Shown in pieces: positions 41,737 to 48,443 of a stretch of 64,000 bases of DNA. The stretch lies in the NCBI GenBank assembly GCA_963667175.2, contig CAXXXF010000015.1, positions 768,001 to 832,000 on the forward strand, given 5' to 3'. The notes under the pieces are model-generated. The model had not been told where the DNA came from, did not search any database, and worked only from the letters and a program-made list of their open reading frames with translations. Position numbers and translations under genes: made by a program. How positions within the stretch are numbered: the stretch's first letter is position 1; the number at the start of each line of letters is the position of its first letter. Source of the stretch: Candidatus Latescibacterota bacterium (lineage in GTDB: Bacteria; Latescibacterota; UBA2968; GCA-2709665).

Positions 41737-42175
41737 ATCGGTGCGGTTTCTTGCTCGAGAATTCCACAGGCTATCCTATGAAGGCTTTGAATTCGTCGGA
41801 GAACCCTCCAATCGATACAACTGCATCGCGTACGCCGCCGGTGATACAACTAACCCCTGGAGTCATTACGGAGACGACTACTGGCCCGAGCATGCTACTC
41901 GCTCGGCCGATATCCAGAGCCTCGTGGATGTATTCGCCGGTCTGGGATTTGTGCAATGCCGGGACAGCAGTCTTGAGGACGGCTATGAAAAGGTGGCGTT
42001 GTACGAAAAACAGTGTGAGTGGATGCACGCTGCATTACAGACTCCCAACGGACGCTGGCGCAGCAAAATGGGACAAGGGCCGGTGATTGAACACCTCAGC
42101 CCTGAGTCGCTTTCAGGCGGAATGTACGGCAATCCGACAATCTACATGCGAAGAGCGCTCAACGCTCCGGTATAA
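41723..42175 (+). CDS. Small papain-like Cys/His protein (resembles the family I recall as DUF7689)
   Basis: YNCIAYAAG, YWP, EKVALY, MHAALQ, GRWRSKMG, IEH, YG. The start overlaps the last 14 nt of the RM gene. Confidence 0.75.
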   Translation: MDTPRSVRFLAREFHRLSYEGFEFVGEPSNRYNCIAYAAGDTTNPWSHYGDDYWPEHATRSADIQSLVDVFAGLGFVQCRDSSLEDGYEKVALYEKQCEWMHAALQTPNGRWRSKMGQGPVIEHLSPESLSGGMYGNPTIYMRRALNAPV

Positions 42176-42227
42176 GCAACCCTGAATCTCAGACGCAGAC
42201 CACAATTTCGTGACGAATCGCCTTTTT

Positions 42228-42438
42228 GACGTGTTTACCGGTTGGCGGTTGTTGGGGCGGAGCGAGTTGAAGAAAGACTTGGCGAGAGACGGATTCGCGG
42301 AACGGAAGGCGCCGATGCGAAAGGCGAATTGTCTCGCGATTTCGTCACTTGATCGCAGAACAGCCGGAAGATAAATCGGACGGACGTAACCGACTGCAAG
42401 AAGAAGGGCCGTGTGACTCACACGGCCCTTCTTCTTGC
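42228..42438 (+). repeat. ~200-bp dispersed intergenic element, copy 1, ending in a 43-nt palindrome
   Basis: Homologous to 48190-48400 (shared GCGAAT..CTCGC..TTTCG.CACTTGATCGC.GAAC.GCCGGAA.AT.AAT and AGAAGGGCCGTGTGAC.CACACGGCCCTTCT). Confidence 0.8.
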
Positions 42439-42534
42439 TTTGAGCAAAACGAAACGGAGACACTCCGGATTATCGGACGGGTCAACGATGATTTGGGACG
42501 CCTGAGGATTTCCGAGTTCATAAGCTCGAGAAAC

Positions 42535-42577
42535 ATACAACAAAACCGTTGACAACAAAACCGTTGTATCGTATATT
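42535..42577 (+). promoter_or_regulatory. sigma70 promoter overlapped by a tandem CAAC-N6-GTTG operator-like box
   Basis: TTGACA (42549)-N17-TATATT (42572), overlapped by ATACAACAAAACCGTTGACAACAAAACCGTTGTAT. Confidence 0.7.
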
Positions 42578-42728
42578 TGAACTTGGATTCGCGGAATTCC
42601 AATCCAACCAATTTGGAAGTGTTGCAAGTACAGCTGATGGATATGAGGAGATAGTTAGGCAAGTTGCTGAATATGTGACATAGTGAGCTAAACAGAGAAA
42701 ATAGATATACTTTCATTGGGAGCCAAAT

Positions 42729-43970
42729 ATGAACTCATCCACGGGCCGCTGGGTTAGCGGCGACGACTTTTTCGATCGTGAACGTGAATTGCAGATACTG
42801 GAAACGCGGGTCCGAGACCAAAACCACTTGCTTTTGACCGGACAGCGACGCATGGGAAAGACGAGCATTATCAGGGAACTTGGGCGCAGGCTGGAAGCCG
42901 ATGGTTGGATCTTTCTCTTTGCCGACGTCGAGGGAGCAACTTCCCACGAAGACGCGATCACAGAGATTGCAAGGGCCGCACATCCCGTTCGCTCCATTGC
43001 GTCCCGTTTCGCCGTTGTAATGAAGCGCTTTTTTGGTGAAAACTTCGAGGAGATTACCGCAGTTGATTTTGGCGTGAAGTTCCGTGCCGGATTGAATGAG
43101 GGGAATTGGCGACATCACGGTGCGCAGATGTTTAACGTGTGTGCCGATCAGGATGAACCGGTCCTTTTGGTTATCGACGAGTTGCCGATATTTCTTAAGC
43201 GGATGCTCCAACACGATGAAAATGCGCGACGTGTGGACGAATTCTTGAGTTGGCTGAGGGGCGCGCTTCAGGTTCTCGACAACGATGCTCCTGTCCTCAT
43301 TGTATCCGGCAGTATCGGTCTCGAGCCCCTGGTGCGACAACTCGGGATACCCGACAGGATCAACCATTTCTATCCGTTTCGTCTCGGACCTTGGGACCGT
43401 GAAACAAGCATGAATTGCTTTAACCGTCTTGCGAGCCGTTACGCATTGTCCGTCGCTGGCGGCGTGGCTGGTGCGGTATACGACACACTTGGAATCGGTA
43501 TCCCTCATCATGTTCAGTCTTTTTTCGCCAGGCTGCGAGACCACGCAATCCTGCACGGGCGGGATCGGCTGACGTTGGAAGACGTTGAATTTGTCCATCG
43601 CCATTCGTTACTGGGTCCCTCAGGTCAAAACGACCTCGTACACTATGAGACGCGCCTAAAGGGGGCTCTGGAAGATGAGAGTTACTCTATTGCTATGGAA
43701 GTCCTCGCCGAAGCGGCAGTTGAGGGGGTGTTCACGCCAGACGCTAAGAAATGTCTCGTACGGATGTATTCCAGGCTGGTAAATGACGCAGGCACACGCA
43801 TTGCAGACGTCCTCGAAGTCCTTGAACACGACGGGTATCTCGAATCCAACGACGATGGTCATAGCTTTGCTTCACGTTTGCTGAAAGATTGGTGGACGGC
43901 CCGCTTTCGAGATCACCATGTCCCCATACGAAGCCGCGAATCCAACGAAAGTTCAAGGGAGGGAATGTAA
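42729..43970 (+). CDS. STAND-like / archaeal-type AAA+ ATPase with C-terminal winged helix
   Basis: FFDREREL, Walker A GQRRMGKTS, Walker B VLLVIDE, SGSIGL, GIPHHVQ, LEHDGYL...LLKDWW. Confidence 0.85.
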   Translation: MNSSTGRWVSGDDFFDRERELQILETRVRDQNHLLLTGQRRMGKTSIIRELGRRLEADGWIFLFADVEGATSHEDAITEIARAAHPVRSIASRFAVVMKRFFGENFEEITAVDFGVKFRAGLNEGNWRHHGAQMFNVCADQDEPVLLVIDELPIFLKRMLQHDENARRVDEFLSWLRGALQVLDNDAPVLIVSGSIGLEPLVRQLGIPDRINHFYPFRLGPWDRETSMNCFNRLASRYALSVAGGVAGAVYDTLGIGIPHHVQSFFARLRDHAILHGRDRLTLEDVEFVHRHSLLGPSGQNDLVHYETRLKGALEDESYSIAMEVLAEAAVEGVFTPDAKKCLVRMYSRLVNDAGTRIADVLEVLEHDGYLESNDDGHSFASRLLKDWWTARFRDHHVPIRSRESNESSREGM

Positions 43971-46750
43971 TGACGGGGACTAGACTATCGACGACCAGCC
44001 GAAATCCCCGGATACGAAAATTCAATCCAGGCGCCCATCAGACCGATGGCGAGATAATTGAGCAGTTCGTCGTCCGCGAGCGAGAACTTGATTCTGTACT
44101 TGAGGTCCTCCGTGGAAACGTAGATTCGCCGTCGTGTCAACACGTCCTGGTTGTGGGACCTCGAGGCAGGGGAAAAACCATGCTCCTGGTCCGCGTCGCT
44201 GCGGAGTTGCGGACCGACAGGAGACTCTCACATCGCTTGTTTCCTGTTCGGTTCATGGAAGAAAGCCAGGAGATCTTCGACCTGGCAGACTTCTGGCTGG
44301 AAGCTCTTTTTCATCTCGCCAGGGAAACTGAAGAACGCGATCCAATCCTCTCACGGGATCTGCACAAGACGCACGGCGACCTTTCTTCGCGCTGGCGTGA
44401 AGAGTCGCTCGAAGCGCACGCTCGCGCTGCGGTCCTGGAAGCAGCGGACCGGCTGGACAGGAAACTCGTGCTCATGGTCGAAAACCTGCAATCGCTATGC
44501 GAGAACGTGGACGACGATTTCGGCTGGAAGCTCAGAGGAGCGCTGCAGTCCGAACCCGAGATCATGCTGCTCGCGTCCGCTACGACCAGGTTCGAAGGCC
44601 TGGACGACGCAGACCAGCCGTTTTTCGAACTGTTCCGGACCATCAACCTGCAGCAGCTGGATACGGATGAGTGCCGCCTGCTGTGGCACGTCGTCAGCGG
44701 AGACACAGTGAGTTCACGTGAGATCAGGCCGTTACAGATCCTTACGGGCGGCAACCCGCGGCTTCTTGTCATCGTCGCCGAATTCGCGAGGCACAGGTCC
44801 CTGCGCTTGCTGATGGAAGAACTGGTTACGTTGATCGACGAGCATACAGAGTATTTTCGAGGACACCTCGAAGTTCTGGCAAAGACTGAACGGCGGGTTT
44901 ACGTCTCGGTGATCGACCTCTGGCAGCGATCGAGTGCCGGAGAAATAGCGACACGCGCACGTATGGACGTACGTGTCGTGTCCACGATGCTGGGCAGACT
45001 CGTCGACCGCGGCGCCGTGATCGCGGAAGGCCGCGGAAGGAAGAGATTGTACGCACCCGCCGAACCACTCTACTGCATCTATTACAAACTCCGACGTGAG
45101 CGGGACGAGGCAGCTGTCGTGGAAAATCTGATCCAATTTATGGTGACGTTTTACGGCATTCACGAGTTGGACTGGATTCGCGACCAGCTATACTCGGAGG
45201 CAATCAAATCCAAGGTCTTCCACGCTGGATTAGGTCGGGCACTTGCTGTAATGCAACCTGTGGAGGACGTTGAATCGCGAACGAAATGGGATATCGTAAG
45301 AGACGCAGCGGACAAGGTTTCGACCTACCGGCAGGGGTTGGCTGAGCGGCAGATTGAGGAAGACATCATCGCAGCGTTCCAGGAACGGGATTGGCGGAAA
45401 GCCATTGAAATCGTCAACGAAGTGTTCAAGTCCCGTAACGGCGTGTCATTGCACATGTCTGAGGCATTCATCGCACGCGTCTTGTATTGTCAGGCTGAAG
45501 CACAAGAACAACTGGGACAATTCCACGCGGTGATCTCGACATGCGAGGAGGTGGCGGCAAGGTTCGGGGAGAGCGCCTTGTCAGGTCTCCAGAAGTGGGT
45601 TGCAGTGGCATTGATCGTTGGCGGAAGAGCAAAGAAGGAACTGGGCGACTTAAAGGGGGCAATTGAAGCTTGCGAGGAGGTGGTGGCAAGAATTGGGAAG
45701 AGCACCGTGTCAGATCACCAGGGGTTGGTCGCCGAGGCGTTGTTAGACATGGAGAGAATGAGAAGTGAACTGGGCGACCTGGGCGGCGCCGTTGCCGTAT
45801 GCGAGGAGGTGGTGGCAAGGTTCGGGGAGAGTGAGAAAGCAGATGTCCGGAGGCGGGTTGCCGCGGCTTTGGTAGACCTGGGAAGCGCGAAAAAGGAATT
45901 GGGCGATCCGGACGGAGCAATCGCCGCGTGGGACGACGTGGTCCGTCGATATGGCGATACCGAGGTGTCAGGTCTCGAGTGGTGGGTCGCGTTGGCTTTG
46001 ATCGCCAAGGGAAGCGCGAAAAAGGAATTGGACGATGCGGATGGAGCAATCGCAACGTGGGACGAGGTGGTCCGGCGATATGGCGATACCGACGCGTCAG
46101 ATGCACACTGGTGGGTGGCGCAGGCTTTGATCGACAAGGGAAGCGCAAAAGAGGAATTGGACGATGCGGATGGAGCGATTGCCGTGTGGGATGAGGTGGT
46201 CCGGCGATATGGCAATACCGACGTGTCGGATCTTCAACAACGGGTCGTCGTTGCGTTGGTAAACAAGGGGTTGAGGCAAGCCGAGATGGGTCGATCCGTC
46301 GAAGCACTGCGCGTCTGTGATGAGCTCAAAACAAGGATTTGTGCCCTTCCTGAATCCGAGGATGGACGACACAATTGGGGAATGCTGTGTGTGCGCGCAC
46401 TTGCGTATATGGTCGAGAAGAAGCAAGATGCCGCTCTGCAGGCGTTTCGCTCTGCGTTCGCCGAGTTTTCGCACCGCAACGAAATCTCAATGCGAGAGAT
46501 GCTGAAGATAGTACCTAACCTGGTCGCAGCGGGCGCTTCGGAGCGCGAGCTTGTCGCGATCCTGACGAGCGATACAGTGAAATCCCGTGCCCTTGCGCCC
46601 CTCATCGTCGCCCTCCGTGAGCGCTTGGGAGAGACGGTTCGCGCGCCGGCGGAAGTGCGCGAGGTGGCCGCGGATGTGCGAGAGCAAATCGACGAACGCG
46701 TGCGGAATTGGGCGGAAGCAACGACGGATTCACCCGAAGGCGACGGATGA
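43970..46750 (+). CDS. STAND-like ATPase-wHTH-TPR repeat protein
   Basis: TAATG overlap with the upstream ATPase; Walker A GPRGRGKT, Walker B-like LVLMVENL, TGGNPR (GxP), wHTH (AGEIATRARMDVRVVSTMLGRLVDRG), then 43-aa TPR-like repeats. Confidence 0.85.
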   Translation: MTGTRLSTTSRNPRIRKFNPGAHQTDGEIIEQFVVRERELDSVLEVLRGNVDSPSCQHVLVVGPRGRGKTMLLVRVAAELRTDRRLSHRLFPVRFMEESQEIFDLADFWLEALFHLARETEERDPILSRDLHKTHGDLSSRWREESLEAHARAAVLEAADRLDRKLVLMVENLQSLCENVDDDFGWKLRGALQSEPEIMLLASATTRFEGLDDADQPFFELFRTINLQQLDTDECRLLWHVVSGDTVSSREIRPLQILTGGNPRLLVIVAEFARHRSLRLLMEELVTLIDEHTEYFRGHLEVLAKTERRVYVSVIDLWQRSSAGEIATRARMDVRVVSTMLGRLVDRGAVIAEGRGRKRLYAPAEPLYCIYYKLRRERDEAAVVENLIQFMVTFYGIHELDWIRDQLYSEAIKSKVFHAGLGRALAVMQPVEDVESRTKWDIVRDAADKVSTYRQGLAERQIEEDIIAAFQERDWRKAIEIVNEVFKSRNGVSLHMSEAFIARVLYCQAEAQEQLGQFHAVISTCEEVAARFGESALSGLQKWVAVALIVGGRAKKELGDLKGAIEACEEVVARIGKSTVSDHQGLVAEALLDMERMRSELGDLGGAVAVCEEVVARFGESEKADVRRRVAAALVDLGSAKKELGDPDGAIAAWDDVVRRYGDTEVSGLEWWVALALIAKGSAKKELDDADGAIATWDEVVRRYGDTDASDAHWWVAQALIDKGSAKEELDDADGAIAVWDEVVRRYGNTDVSDLQQRVVVALVNKGLRQAEMGRSVEALRVCDELKTRICALPESEDGRHNWGMLCVRALAYMVEKKQDAALQAFRSAFAEFSHRNEISMREMLKIVPNLVAAGASERELVAILTSDTVKSRALAPLIVALRERLGETVRAPAEVREVAADVREQIDERVRNWAEATTDSPEGDG
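45460..46330 (+). repeat. Intragenic 129-bp (43-aa) tandem TPR-like repeats, about 6-7 units
   Basis: Three CEEV(V/A)AR(F/I)G units, then three nucleotide-similar WD(D/E)VVRRYG(D/N)T units starting near 45885, 46014 and 46143. Confidence 0.85.
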
Positions 46751-46823
46751 GGCACAGAAGCGGAGGGATTGCTCGGTAACATTTGGGCGGAATCGCGAAG
46801 GGAGATTTCGCCCTATCGGCGCC

Positions 46824-46859
46824 CAATCGGGTTGACAGCAACCGATTTTGGATTAGATT
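46824..46859 (+). promoter_or_regulatory. Putative promoter of the Cache-dockerin gene
   Basis: CCAATCGGGTTGACAG...TAGATT (TTGACA-N16-TAGATT); same layout as 51396-51433. Confidence 0.55.
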
Positions 46860-46956
46860 TTTTTAGTGAGAAACGCGCGGAGATGAATCTGTCTCGCCGC
46901 GGCCCATGGGATTTCCATCGATCAAGTCGTATTTCAACCTGAGATCCGGGGATTTT

Positions 46957-48192
46957 ATGAAACCGATCGTATATGCTGGCCTGTTCGGGTGCCTACTGGG
47001 CGCCGCCAATATCTTTGCCGGTGCGGATCCCGCCAATGCACAGGAAACATCCGTAACGGCCGGAGACGTCACGAACGAGGACCCTGCAACGCTTCGCGCA
47101 TTCGTGGAGTACGCAAAGTCCCAACTCGATGACGTCGCCTCCTCCGACGAGTTGGCCGTCCTGTGGGGCAGTATGCGTCTCGACGGGGATTGGAAGTCAG
47201 GCAATACATATCTGGTTGTTCTCAACAGCCGGGGGTCCGTTCTGTTCCACGCCGGTCAGTCCGATGCAGAGGGAAAGACCCTGCGCTGGCTCGTCGACGC
47301 CAGGAGAGACAGCATTGGAAAGAATATCCTGAGGGAGGCGGCTGCCGGGGGCGGCTTCGTCGGTTACTACTGGGACGATCCTGCCGTGGAGGGAGACGAC
47401 AGCGGCCACCCCAAGGTGGCCTATGCCACGCAGCTTTTCTCGGAAGTAACCAACGAGAATCATATCGTGGTCGGCGGCTTCTACCGGGATCTTGCCGATC
47501 TACCCGTCGACCCGGGCGTTTCCGTTCCTCGCCCGGACATCACGGCCAGCGAGGTGGTGGACCGCGAGACCCTGAAAGCCTTTGTCGAAAGCGCCCTCAA
47601 GGCCTTTTCCGCTGCGCTTGAGACGATCGGGCTGGAAAGGGTGGGTCAGATCAGGGACATCTTCCGGGACGAGGGAGGGTACTGGAAGCACGGTTCAATA
47701 TACGCCTTTGTCGTTACAACCGCCGGATACGTGGTCTTTCATGGGGCGGATCCGGAGCGCGAGGGTCGACTTGCAGACATGGATATCGAAGACGCCAACG
47801 GCGTGAAGATCGTTCAAGAACTCTTCAGGGCGGCGCGGGAGGGCGGTGGGTTCGTAGAGTATACGTGGGACGATCCAACCGTGGACGAGGACGGAGACGG
47901 CGAGCTGTTGGGCGACACGGTAGGCTCATTCAAGGTGAGTTACGCGCTGCTCCATACCCATCTTGGGGTAGAGTACGTCGTCGCCGCCGGCATCTACCGG
48001 CGAGGGCCCGATTTCGACGAGGACGGTTCAGTGGGTTTCAGCGACTTTCTGCTGTTTGCCAGGCATTACGGGTTGAACAGGAATGACGCGGGTTTCGACG
48101 GTTTGTACGATCTCAATAGCGATGATGAAATCGGATTTCAGGATTTCGTGCTCTTTGCGACGGACTTCGGGAAACGGGTGCGATCGAATTGA
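46957..48192 (+). CDS. Secreted tandem single-Cache domain protein with C-terminal dockerin-like (double EF-hand) module
   Basis: Signal peptide; two Cache repeats (TL.AFVE.A...WK.G..Y..V...G.V.FH...GGGFV.Y.WDDP); DFDEDGSVGFSDFLLFA / YDLNSDDEIGFQDFVLFA. Confidence 0.8.
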   Translation: MKPIVYAGLFGCLLGAANIFAGADPANAQETSVTAGDVTNEDPATLRAFVEYAKSQLDDVASSDELAVLWGSMRLDGDWKSGNTYLVVLNSRGSVLFHAGQSDAEGKTLRWLVDARRDSIGKNILREAAAGGGFVGYYWDDPAVEGDDSGHPKVAYATQLFSEVTNENHIVVGGFYRDLADLPVDPGVSVPRPDITASEVVDRETLKAFVESALKAFSAALETIGLERVGQIRDIFRDEGGYWKHGSIYAFVVTTAGYVVFHGADPEREGRLADMDIEDANGVKIVQELFRAAREGGGFVEYTWDDPTVDEDGDGELLGDTVGSFKVSYALLHTHLGVEYVVAAGIYRRGPDFDEDGSVGFSDFLLFARHYGLNRNDAGFDGLYDLNSDDEIGFQDFVLFATDFGKRVRSN

Positions 48193-48400
48193 CGGCATGT
48201 TTGGCCGCGGGTTGTTGCGGCGGCGCCGAGTGAGCAGAAAATGGAGGTGGGGAGGGGCGTATTCACGGAGAGGAAAGCGGCGACGCGAACAGCGAATCGG
48301 CTCGCCGTTTCGGCACTTGATCGCGGAACTGCCGGAAAATGAATGGGCGGGCATAACCCGTTCCAAAAAGAAGGGCCGTGTGACGCACACGGCCCTTCTC
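48190..48400 (+). repeat. ~200-bp dispersed intergenic element, copy 2, with terminator-like hairpin
   Basis: Direct-orientation homologue of 42228-42438; hairpin AGAAGGGCCGTGTG-acg-CACACGGCCCTTCT at 48369-48399 between convergent genes. Confidence 0.8.
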
Positions 48401-48443
48401 GCGTTGGTGATCGTGGAACGGCGAATCCCCGGCGACGTGGTTT

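Noticed and set aside
45460-46330. Tandem repeats as a CRISPR array or DGR template/variable repeats
   Set aside because: They are in-frame 129-bp coding repeats with no unique spacers; differences are not adenine-specific, and no cas or reverse transcriptase gene is present.
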